Of a DNA stretch of 64,000 nt, positions 31,354 through 40,102 are shown in pieces. A program made the translations under genes and the position numbers. The stretch comes from a virus. Where the stretch lies: the IMG/VR virus record IMGVR_UViG_3300045988_097913. One strand, given 5' to 3'. Under the pieces are notes generated by a model, which was not told the origin of the DNA, ran no database searches, and saw only the letters and a list, made by a program, of their open reading frames with translations. Positions within the stretch are counted from its first letter, which is position 1. Each line of letters begins with the position of its first letter.

Positions 31354-32372
31354 TCTTCATCACTCTCCGTTCCAAGAAGTTGAGCCTTACCCTTTTCAAT
31401 TATATCAATACTCCAAGGTTCAAACTCCTTTTCAAATTTTTCAACATATTTATTATTTTTACCCAAAGCCCTTGCAGTACAACCAGCAAATGCATCAAAT
31501 AACAAATTAACATTATCTACATCTGCCAATTCAGGGTCAGCTTTTTTAACAGGTCTGAATGTTTCAATATCTTCAATACGCTGACCAACAACCTTAGAAT
31601 TTTGCACAGCTCTATTTTGTTTTTCAAGTAAGCCACCATTATTCATAAGTGAAGTTAGAGCGTTTAGTTTCTTTGTAACATCTTCACCATGTTCACGAGC
31701 TTTATTAATATCAAGAGTTTGATAACAAATCTGTCTAACAATAATATCAATATCTTTGGTGTCAATTTGACCCAGTTTAGACTCCCAATCCATATATTCA
31801 TTTTGAAGATATGCTAGGTCATCATTATCAAATCTTCCCCAAACACTTTGTAGGTATGCTGTACTAAATTCAATGTCTTCGTAATTGTCGTCGTCACCAA
31901 GTTCACCAGTAACTTTCTTAGGACGTTTAATCTTTGTATAGACATCGTAGTTACTAAGACCTTCGATATTGTTTTCACCCTGAGAATCGTCAAAGCTCGA
32001 ACCCCAACCATTTTTATCTGCGAATGCAAGATTCTTTAGATAAATTGGTAATAGGTTTTCTTCTCCACTTAACACAGAGTTTTCATTCTGAGATTCTTTC
32101 ATAGCCGCCAAATATGCTTGGTGAATGTACGGAATATCAATTTTTCTACAAGTAAAATAAATAGCGAGGTTTGTATTGCCATTGTATTTTACCAAGTATT
32201 CTTTATAAATAGACTTGACACAATCCTTACAATATGGTATCTTATTAAAGAACTTATGATATTCATCTTTTGTGGCATTGAAATTATTTTGAACTCCACA
32301 GCCACAACTAATGCAAATCAGTTTCTTTTTCGTCTCTTCTCCGATTTGTTTCCCCTTTTTAGCAATAGCCAT
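31317..32372 (-). CDS. Hypothetical Zn-ribbon protein, positional candidate small terminase
   Basis: Upstream of and overlapping terL. Contains CISCGCG..CKDC. Confidence 0.3.
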   Translation of the reverse strand: MAIAKKGKQIGEETKKKLICISCGCGVQNNFNATKDEYHKFFNKIPYCKDCVKSIYKEYLVKYNGNTNLAIYFTCRKIDIPYIHQAYLAAMKESQNENSVLSGEENLLPIYLKNLAFADKNGWGSSFDDSQGENNIEGLSNYDVYTKIKRPKKVTGELGDDDNYEDIEFSTAYLQSVWGRFDNDDLAYLQNEYMDWESKLGQIDTKDIDIIVRQICYQTLDINKAREHGEDVTKKLNALTSLMNNGGLLEKQNRAVQNSKVVGQRIEDIETFRPVKKADPELADVDNVNLLFDAFAGCTARALGKNNKYVEKFEKEFEPWSIDIIEKGKAQLLGTESDEECQSQTKSQSED

Positions 32373-32384
32373 GTAACCACCACC

Positions 32385-33560
32385 TTAATCCAAACGGATA
32401 ATATTTATAGATTCATAGGGATTATCAGGAGTGACAATATACATAGTCTGGGAAGGGTGGGAAGTAATACGCAAAGACTTGGCATAATTATCTGTACCAC
32501 AAAGAGAACCATTCATAAAAACCATAGTCCCATCAACCTCTTTAGATTCTACATGGTGTTTATGCGCAATAAACATCGCATCATAGAACTTGTGGGTTAA
32601 AAGCGTCATATTCTGAACTATATCATGAATGCTATCTTTGTCTCCATGAGAGCCTAGATAATTCCAGTTATAAATACTAAATGTTAAAATATCATTATCA
32701 AATTCGTTCTCATTAATATGAATATTATGTACATAGCGCAGAGCGGCCTTTAGATACCAATCAACAAGAAGAGAAAAATTTTCATTTTGCAAGCTATCAT
32801 ATTTATTAGCCATACAACGAGAATGATTATCAATAACAGAATAATATTCAATATTACAATGTTGAGAAAGCCCATTTAGAAACTCTGCCAAAGCATTAGA
32901 AACTTCCATTACTTGTTCAATAACATTCTTACGATTCTCAATCCGAATAGTATTATGAATATACCCAGAAATAGCATCGTTTAAATTAATAACATACAGA
33001 GTACCAATCTTTTCAGAATAAATCTTCTTAACAACTGCGTCAAAAAGTTTGGTCATGCGCTCATGGAAGATTTCAGGATTGTATTTATTAAGATAATTAT
33101 CAGTTACCATACCATAATGGAAATCAGATAGGCACAAAATAGCACTCTTCTCAGTTGATGAAAAGTTACTTTTATTATCATTAAATTCCAAATGGTTCTT
33201 GATAACATAATCGGATATGTCCTGTTTGAGCATATCAAAACGAGCAATCTTATTAACGTCACGGTTAAGTGCTGCTCTATAATCACGCATCTTGACAGTT
33301 TCTAATTTTACATCTAGTTCTTTGTCCATTAATTTATCCATTTGTTCAGACGGGTCTTTGTTTTTTTGATAATCCATTCCGTCAATGAACGCCATATAAT
33401 ATTTACGATAAGCGCTTTCGTCTTTTCTAACACCAGTAGCTTCGAACATAAGGTCACAAATCTTAGTCCAGCTAATACCATAGATATCTTTATTCATGGC
33501 TAAACGCAAACCATATTCCTTATCGGTTTCGTCTTTATGTTTCAGTAGACTATCTTCCAT
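32385..33560 (-). CDS. Metallophosphoesterase (calcineurin-like)
   Basis: LCLSDFHYG, NLNDAISG, GSHGDKD and FIAHKHH motifs. SD AAAGGAG before ATG 33560. Confidence 0.6.
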   Translation of the reverse strand: MEDSLLKHKDETDKEYGLRLAMNKDIYGISWTKICDLMFEATGVRKDESAYRKYYMAFIDGMDYQKNKDPSEQMDKLMDKELDVKLETVKMRDYRAALNRDVNKIARFDMLKQDISDYVIKNHLEFNDNKSNFSSTEKSAILCLSDFHYGMVTDNYLNKYNPEIFHERMTKLFDAVVKKIYSEKIGTLYVINLNDAISGYIHNTIRIENRKNVIEQVMEVSNALAEFLNGLSQHCNIEYYSVIDNHSRCMANKYDSLQNENFSLLVDWYLKAALRYVHNIHINENEFDNDILTFSIYNWNYLGSHGDKDSIHDIVQNMTLLTHKFYDAMFIAHKHHVESKEVDGTMVFMNGSLCGTDNYAKSLRITSHPSQTMYIVTPDNPYESINIIRLD

Positions 33561-33770
33561 GTTATCTCCTTTCACTCCGAATAATTCCTTTAATTTCTCG
33601 ATGACTTTATTGCCATCGTTACTACCCTCAAGTATATCTACTCAAGGATAGTTGCCATAGCAATAAACATTTAAAATCAAAGATACTGTATAATACCATA
33701 GTATTATCCCAATACCTTCAATATTTATCGTCGCTGTTTAACGACCTCTAGTCCCTTCGCCCAGCATCAT

Positions 33771-34100
33771 TTAACGGGAGGTTTTTGGTTTTGTGTTTGC
33801 AATTTTCCAAACAATCTTTTCCTTCCAATGTGTCTGATTCTGCTTATAAATATCATTTATAAACTCGTCCACATCTGCAATCTCATTTTCATCTTTTAGT
33901 TTCTGTGCCATTGCCATTGCGGTTGATAAGTCATACTCATGGTGAGCAAGTTCTTGGTTCGCAAATTCTTTAAATTTAGAGAACGCAGAAGAATCTTCCA
34001 TGTGGGCCATCATTTTTTGATAATGTTCTGCCATTTCAAGTTCTTCCATAGAATACTTGATTAATTTCTGAATAATAAATTTCGATTCATTTACAGTCAT
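33771..34100 (-). CDS. Hypothetical protein
   Basis: ORF. SD GGTGA before ATG 34100. Confidence 0.5.
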   Translation of the reverse strand: MTVNESKFIIQKLIKYSMEELEMAEHYQKMMAHMEDSSAFSKFKEFANQELAHHEYDLSTAMAMAQKLKDENEIADVDEFINDIYKQNQTHWKEKIVWKIANTKPKTSR

Positions 34101-34151
34101 AATAATCACCGTATAAATTAAATTAAAATAATTCATACAATGTTATAAAAT

Positions 34152-34185
34152 AAAACAAGACCAGTTATACAACTGGTCTTGTTTT
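34152..34185. terminator. Bidirectional rho-independent terminator
   Basis: 15-bp perfect stem AAAACAAGACCAGTT/AACTGGTCTTGTTTT with T-runs on both sides. Confidence 0.7.
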
Positions 34186-34193
34186 CTATGCGT

Positions 34194-35198
34194 TTATTGA
34201 ATGTATTTTTTGTGACTTGTTTTTACATTATTCTGGTCAACCTTTGCATAAATCATAGTTGTTGCAACATTTGAATGACCAAGAAGCCTCTGAATCTCTG
34301 TAACATCCATACCGCGCTGCAATGCCATTGTTGCCGTAGTATGACGAATTAAGTGTGGGTATACTCTTCTCTGAATACCAGACTTCTCACCAAGCTCACG
34401 AACAATCTTTTCAATGCCAGCTTTAGTGAGGCGATTATGAGGACTACGTTCCGAAATAAATAAAGCATCGTTATTATCAAGGCGAGAGTTTAGATAATTA
34501 TTGAGAGCAATAGCAGAATGTGCAGACAAATAAGAAACTCTATGTTTGCTACCCTTACCAAAAAGTTGTACTTCGCCTTTAGCAAAATCAACTTCTTGTT
34601 TATCAAGTTTTATAAGTTCGTCAACACGACAACCTGTACTATAAAAAACTTCAATAATAGCTTTATCTCTTTTTGTCACACACGCTTCACGCAACTGTTC
34701 AAGTTCATAATCTGACAATGGTACTCTCTGTCTGCGTTCATACTTAATAGGCTTTACAACCAGCATAATATTCTTCTCAATATATCCTTCACCAGATGAC
34801 CAAGAAAAGAAGCTATGAAGGGCGCTACGAATACTATCAAGGGTACGATTAGAGACACCATGCTCTTTTTGATATGTATATAAATATGCGCGAACGTCGT
34901 TAGCCGTAATTTCTCTCAACGGTTTATTAAGTATCTTAAAGAAATGATTTAACCGTAGCATATAAAGACTCAGCGTTTTATCACTAGAGCCTTCAATTTT
35001 TTTACACACAAAAAACGCTTCGTAACATTCCGGCAGATAACCTTTATAAGGAATCATATTCTCACCGGCTGGCTCTACTTTATAATGTCTTAATACCTCG
35101 GATAACTCTCCGCGAATCATATTGGCATTATCAACCGACAGTTTGTTCGCTACACAAGACAAAAACTGGTCTACCAAAATCGTTGCATAATCTTCCAT
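34194..35198 (-). CDS. Tyrosine recombinase, XerC/XerD-like
   Basis: STGCRVDEL, HLIRHTTAT and LLGHSNVATTMIYAKV motifs. Confidence 0.85.
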   Translation of the reverse strand: MEDYATILVDQFLSCVANKLSVDNANMIRGELSEVLRHYKVEPAGENMIPYKGYLPECYEAFFVCKKIEGSSDKTLSLYMLRLNHFFKILNKPLREITANDVRAYLYTYQKEHGVSNRTLDSIRSALHSFFSWSSGEGYIEKNIMLVVKPIKYERRQRVPLSDYELEQLREACVTKRDKAIIEVFYSTGCRVDELIKLDKQEVDFAKGEVQLFGKGSKHRVSYLSAHSAIALNNYLNSRLDNNDALFISERSPHNRLTKAGIEKIVRELGEKSGIQRRVYPHLIRHTTATMALQRGMDVTEIQRLLGHSNVATTMIYAKVDQNNVKTSHKKYIQ

Positions 35199-35210
35199 AT
35201 ATTTTTCTCC

Positions 35211-35259
35211 TTTATTTACTTTGTGTCTTTATTATAGCACAAAGTAAATAAAGTGCCAA
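35211..35259 (-). promoter_or_regulatory. Promoter TTGGCA-17-TATAAT overlapped by a 15-bp perfect inverted repeat
   Basis: -35 at 35254-35259 and -10 at 35231-35236 (minus strand). Inverted-repeat arms at 35211-35225 and 35238-35252. Confidence 0.55.
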
Positions 35260-35306
35260 TATGCGTAAAGCAAAAATATCAAAAAATTAATCAACTAAAG
35301 CTTCCT

Positions 35307-37598
35307 TTAGCTATCCAAATTTATTTCACGGTCTTCTCCAACGCCAGCCCTTATACATTTAATTTTTCGATTATCGTAATCAACAAATACCAAATCAAAC
35401 GAGCAATCAGCTTTATAGCTCTGATTATTGCCGCAATCAAGAGTGGCAATAATCGGGATACCGCTGTCAACAAGCGTATAATCGGCGTGGCTATGACCAG
35501 CCAACATAAATTCCACCCGTCCTGTAGCATCAACGAAGTTATAGTTTTTTCCGTTCACGCTAATTTCGCTTCGCCGGTTATATGCAGAAGAAATTTGCAG
35601 TAAAAGCCTCGTTAAAGGCTGCACGTCATCCGGCACAGCGCCGGTCGGAATTGTCCGGTAGGAATAGATGTGCACAGCGATTGCTACATGGTCAAATCGC
35701 TCTTTCGTTAGATTTTCAGCAAACCATGCTGCCTGCTCGTATCCGTAATTGTTATCGTAGGTAAGCGCCTGATTCTCTATGCCGGTATCAAAGCAGTAAA
35801 AATGAGTGTTTACTCCCTTGAAATCGTAGTAGGCACGTCCTGTATCTCTGTACCACAAATTACGGATAGCCACCCGGCTTAAACGTGTTGTATATCTTTC
35901 GCTATTAGCATCTTTTTTGCCTTGATAGTTCGTGTCATGGTTCCCAACCAACATATAGAGGTTATCGAACATTGACCGACGGATGCCGTCAATATAGCCC
36001 ATCTTATAGCAAGCCATTTCTGGGACATCGTTATTGCCAAGCCAATCTCCACCGCACAAAACGAAGCTTGTTGGTGTGCTGTTATAGTATTTTTGGATTT
36101 GCGAAACGTACTCTTCCATCATAGGTTCACTACCAATGTCAGTATGCGCAGTAAAGAGATGTGGGTCTGTAAACCATAAGAACGCCTCGCATCGATTGAC
36201 TGTCACAACATTATTTATTTCATCTCCGTTAAACAGTGAAGAATATCTTTTGCAGACTGTGTAAAAATCTTTTGCACCTGTGTGATAAGAAGCGTTGAAA
36301 TCCTCTCTTTGAAATTCATCAGATAGCAGATAACTGTCTTTTTTATCGTTATAGTCGCTTGTAGCATAACTTTCGAGAATTTTACCGCCATATCGATTAT
36401 AATAAACCCAATACAAAACAACAAAATTATCCGGTCTAGCGTTAAGTGTATTTTGAACCTCAAAGGACATACTATCCAAATTAAACCCAAATCGTTTTTC
36501 ACCGCCATTAAGGTTTATGCTAAATGTTTTACTGTCTGCATCCCACAATGCATAAGTGCTACCAATTTTAGCAGCAATATCCTCGAACGTATACGTTATC
36601 CGGCTTTTATTTTTAAAGTTTGCGATATATAACACATTATCGCCTGTCAAAGCAAATCCGTTAGCGTCCATACGTTCTATTTTTGTACTGTTTGTAAGTA
36701 TTACATCAAAATCGTGCGCACTTAAAAAGCGCACTGTATTTGATAGCGGATTGACAAGTTCCGCATAGTGTGCTGCGCAATCTTCAAAAATTTTACCGCC
36801 ATATTGATTATAATAAACCCAGTATAGAGATAAGAAACTGGCTGAACGTTTATTAACAATTGACGCTGTTTGTACTTTTCCAGTCAAAAGGTCAACCCCG
36901 AATTGCTGTTCGCTTCCTAAAGTCAAAGTAAATGTTTTTGTATTCTCATTCCACGTTGTGACATCGGGAAGTTCAGACGCAATATCAGAGAAGTTATATT
37001 CGATTCTACGTTGATTTGAAAGGTTTGAAAGATAAAAACCGGAAGAACCAGCAATGGTAAATCCATTGTTGGTTGCGTTTGGTAATTTCGAATCCTTAAA
37101 TATAACAACGGCATCAAAGTTGTTAGTATTAACTATATCTTCCTTTATCTGACCAATTTCGTCTCCTGTAATTTTTGCATCAGCTGCCTTGCCAGACTTA
37201 GTTAAGCTACTATCAACAACTTCTGTCTCGGTAGAAGTTCCATCATTCTTAGTAACTTTTAGTTTGCCTTCTTCAAAATCGGCATTATTCACAGCAGTAT
37301 TTGCCTTAGTAGAGATATCGCCAAAATCAGTTGTCTTGCCAGAAAAATACCATGCGGTTCCATTCCAAGCATAGTTGCCCTCACCGTTAGTACCATCACC
37401 ATCTGTTACATAATAAAAATCACCAATATTATTATTAGAAGTAGGTAGAGCGCTATATGTGGTAGTTCCTTTAAAATTTAAGCCGCTAACAATATCAGAT
37501 TTATTAGCTTTCTTATTATCTAGTTCTTGAATAGACTGCCTTGCTTTAATATCTTCAAGTTGAATATTATTTATGGTTCTAATTTCATTATATGCCAT
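35307..37598 (-). CDS. Tail-fibre-like protein fused to a C-terminal metallophosphoesterase domain
   Basis: Fibre-type N-terminus (IRTINNIQLEDIKARQSIQEL..GDFYYVTDGDG). Two ~110-aa internal repeats. C-terminal WFTDPHL, GGDWLGNND, GNHD and AGHSHAD motifs. Confidence 0.6.
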   Translation of the reverse strand: MAYNEIRTINNIQLEDIKARQSIQELDNKKANKSDIVSGLNFKGTTTYSALPTSNNNIGDFYYVTDGDGTNGEGNYAWNGTAWYFSGKTTDFGDISTKANTAVNNADFEEGKLKVTKNDGTSTETEVVDSSLTKSGKAADAKITGDEIGQIKEDIVNTNNFDAVVIFKDSKLPNATNNGFTIAGSSGFYLSNLSNQRRIEYNFSDIASELPDVTTWNENTKTFTLTLGSEQQFGVDLLTGKVQTASIVNKRSASFLSLYWVYYNQYGGKIFEDCAAHYAELVNPLSNTVRFLSAHDFDVILTNSTKIERMDANGFALTGDNVLYIANFKNKSRITYTFEDIAAKIGSTYALWDADSKTFSINLNGGEKRFGFNLDSMSFEVQNTLNARPDNFVVLYWVYYNRYGGKILESYATSDYNDKKDSYLLSDEFQREDFNASYHTGAKDFYTVCKRYSSLFNGDEINNVVTVNRCEAFLWFTDPHLFTAHTDIGSEPMMEEYVSQIQKYYNSTPTSFVLCGGDWLGNNDVPEMACYKMGYIDGIRRSMFDNLYMLVGNHDTNYQGKKDANSERYTTRLSRVAIRNLWYRDTGRAYYDFKGVNTHFYCFDTGIENQALTYDNNYGYEQAAWFAENLTKERFDHVAIAVHIYSYRTIPTGAVPDDVQPLTRLLLQISSAYNRRSEISVNGKNYNFVDATGRVEFMLAGHSHADYTLVDSGIPIIATLDCGNNQSYKADCSFDLVFVDYDNRKIKCIRAGVGEDREINLDS

Positions 37599-37617
37599 CT
37601 GATTACCTCCTATTTGC

Positions 37618-38274
37618 TTACACAGTCTTAATTGTTAAATTACCATTTGTGGCGTCAAACGAAGCTTTCATTGACATATCTTTAACAATAGTAATATAAT
37701 TATTAATCTCAGTTCTCAAGGCTTCCATGTCTTCTAGCCACTTATCAAGAATGTTTGCGTATCTATTAAGAGAAGACGATGTTACATCAAGAGTATTGAG
37801 GACTGGTAGTGCTTTTGACAAAGTATTAAAACTATAAGAGAATTTATTATTATCTCCAATAGAATAAAACCTTACGGCAAAAGCAACTTCTGCCGACTTA
37901 AAAGTAACTTCGTGGCTTATTGTCCATCCGAAAATAATTTTCCCCGGAACGCTTGTAATATCAATATCTGTAATAACATCTACACCAATAGGGCTATTAG
38001 ACTGAACCTCAGAAGTGTCCGCATACTGTACAACAATTGTATGCTTAGACAAATCTTCTGCATCAAAATATCTGTCAATTTCAAAATAAATTGTTTCTGC
38101 ATTTGCATCGTTTTTTACAGCAAGAAAAGTAAATTCATCTGGAATTGTAATTTTTCTTGAATCAGAATCAATAATAAATCTTGGCTCATCAGATGGAATC
38201 TGTGTCAGTTTTGTAATAGTTCCATCTTGAAGCTGTTTTAATTTATCCATATATTCACTTGCAGATGTCCTCAT
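37618..38274 (-). CDS. Hypothetical fibre-cluster protein
   Basis: ORF. Confidence 0.5.
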   Translation of the reverse strand: MRTSASEYMDKLKQLQDGTITKLTQIPSDEPRFIIDSDSRKITIPDEFTFLAVKNDANAETIYFEIDRYFDAEDLSKHTIVVQYADTSEVQSNSPIGVDVITDIDITSVPGKIIFGWTISHEVTFKSAEVAFAVRFYSIGDNNKFSYSFNTLSKALPVLNTLDVTSSSLNRYANILDKWLEDMEALRTEINNYITIVKDMSMKASFDATNGNLTIKTV

Positions 38275-38759
38275 TTTAAATTACACCTTTCTATATCATT
38301 TAAAACATTTATATTTATATTACTTAATTCAACAAACTTATTGTAAACACTAAGCATCTTTTCGTAAGTTGCACTAGAAATTTTATTAAACTTCTCAACC
38401 ATATAAATAGAAGCTTTAAAGTTGTACTGTTCGTTTATAATTTTGACATTAACTTTATCAGAAATAAATGTTTTCCCATTTTCTAAATTAATCCCAAAAA
38501 TCTGAACACTGCAATTTCCGTTTTTTAATTTAACAGGATAATATTCAACTTTATAACTATAAGACAATCTCTTTGTGGAATTTATTTGTTTTAATTCGAG
38601 TATTTCAAGCTGTGTGCTTTGCTGAATTACAATAAATAAACTATAACTATAAAATTGTTTTGAAATATAAAAAACAATTTCGTCAAGACCAACAGGGTTT
38701 GTATCCTGTCTTACGCTCGTATCACTACCGTCATAACTAATTTCTAACATAGCACACAT
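38271..38759 (-). CDS. Hypothetical fibre-cluster protein
   Basis: ORF. Confidence 0.5.
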   Translation of the reverse strand: MCAMLEISYDGSDTSVRQDTNPVGLDEIVFYISKQFYSYSLFIVIQQSTQLEILELKQINSTKRLSYSYKVEYYPVKLKNGNCSVQIFGINLENGKTFISDKVNVKIINEQYNFKASIYMVEKFNKISSATYEKMLSVYNKFVELSNININVLNDIERCNLK

Positions 38760-38774
38760 CCTTTCTTTTTATTA

Positions 38775-38972
38775 TTATGCCAAAACAGTATTAATAGAAA
38801 ACTCTTCTGTGTGACCATCGCCATAAGTCAATACAATCTTACCATTAGAAATCTGTTTAATACTAAAAATAGCCTTAGACAAGATTTCTGTTTTAAATTC
38901 TTGTAACTCTTTTCGTGTAGAGGCATCTTCCAATGGAATATCATTAATCGTTCGAATAACTTTTTCTTCCAT
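38775..38972 (-). CDS. 65-aa protein built from fibre N- and C-terminal motifs
   Basis: VIRTINDIPLEDASTRKELQEF resembles the N-terminus of 35307-37598. KIVLTYGDGHTEEF resembles the C-terminus of 16639-18225 (LKVTYGDGHHDTV). Confidence 0.5.
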   Translation of the reverse strand: MEEKVIRTINDIPLEDASTRKELQEFKTEILSKAIFSIKQISNGKIVLTYGDGHTEEFSINTVLA

Positions 38973-38975
38973 ATC

Positions 38976-39446
38976 TTACTCCTTCTTCTCAGGTGGGACA
39001 GTAGGCAAGTCCATAATCTTTTCTCTAACAGATGGTATCATGCCATTTCCGTGTAATGCCGTATAGCTCTCAAACATATGTTGAAAACTTTCCAAATCAT
39101 TAACAGAAATCCACCCCTTTACTTCATAGCAGTTATGGTATGTCCTTAACATAGCATCCCGAAGCATATCTCTGTCTGCTTGCGAGTTCTGCCTCTGTTG
39201 TTCCTTTAAGGATTTTACATCGTCAAACAAAGAATTTATTTTGGCATTTTGAGAAGAAATAATTTCATACTGCTCATCGTTTTGTTTAGAAATTTTTTCG
39301 ATTGCCTCTTTGAGTTCTTTTCGTTCTTGTCTGTTGTCTTTTAATGTTTCATCCTTCTTATCATAGTGCCTTTTTACAAAGAACAAAAGGATTCCAGATA
39401 CACCAAAAGTAGAGCAGATATTAATGATAATTTGTAGTATACCCAT
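38976..39446 (-). CDS. Membrane-anchored coiled-coil protein
   Basis: N-terminal TM segment followed by a charged helical region. Confidence 0.5.
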   Translation of the reverse strand: MGILQIIINICSTFGVSGILLFFVKRHYDKKDETLKDNRQERKELKEAIEKISKQNDEQYEIISSQNAKINSLFDDVKSLKEQQRQNSQADRDMLRDAMLRTYHNCYEVKGWISVNDLESFQHMFESYTALHGNGMIPSVREKIMDLPTVPPEKKE

Positions 39447-39574
39447 TTATATTCAACTACTTTCTATAATATTTTAACCCCTTTTATCCCTCGTTGCTCA
39501 GTCAATCTTTATTTTTTATGTGTCAGAGCCGTCACACATCATTTAGTCTATATTATTTTACAGATAAGACAAGA

Positions 39575-39799
39575 CTAATGTTTATCATCTTCAAGTATAC
39601 ATTTCAAAAGACAAATAATGGTTTTCTCATTTTCGTTTATTTCATTTAATAGAGAAACAATTTTTTTATTTTCCGAGATATTATCAAGATTTAACTTATA
39701 AGACTTCCCAGAATAATTCAATAACAATGAAGCAATAATCGTATCTGCGACACCAAGGGCATCTAGTCCACCTAATTCTGCATTAGTATTAAGAATCAT
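39575..39799 (-). CDS. Hypothetical protein
   Basis: ORF. Confidence 0.5.
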   Translation of the reverse strand: MILNTNAELGGLDALGVADTIIASLLLNYSGKSYKLNLDNISENKKIVSLLNEINENEKTIICLLKCILEDDKH

Positions 39800-40062
39800 T
39801 TGACGCCACCACCCAGCAGTTTAATTATTTCAATATTTTGTTCTTCTATAATCTTTAATTCAGACAATAATTTTTCAAGCAACATATTCGTTTGTTCGTC
39901 AAGTTTATTTTCAATATGTTGGTTTTGCTTGATTAGCTCTGTATTTAACTGAGATGATGTCGCACCTTTAGTCGCTTGATAAACATTTATAAATTGACTA
40001 ATGTTTGCAGCTCCTGATATTAAATCAGAATTTGCTATTGTTGCTAAATCATTTATAATCAT
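39796..40062 (-). CDS. Hypothetical protein
   Basis: ORF, ATGA-coupled. Confidence 0.5.
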   Translation of the reverse strand: MIINDLATIANSDLISGAANISQFINVYQATKGATSSQLNTELIKQNQHIENKLDEQTNMLLEKLLSELKIIEEQNIEIIKLLGGGVK

Positions 40063-40102
40063 ACGACCACCTCACAAAAATAGTCGTACAATTATTTTTA
40101 TG

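Noticed and set aside
33561-33770. A 210-nt gap with UGGGCGAAGGGACUAG (P-like) and UAGAUAUACUUG (S-like) strings, considered as a seventh group I intron.
   Set aside because: There are no Q/R partners and no P1 pairing to the upstream ORF end. The flanking ORFs do not look like halves of one protein.
13699-35198. Two tyrosine recombinases, taken as evidence of a temperate lifestyle (integrase/attP).
   Set aside because: No repressor or attP-like site is recognisable. Both genes sit inside structural or fibre regions, and one is next to a RecU resolvase. Concatemer resolution or local site-specific functions are equally plausible.
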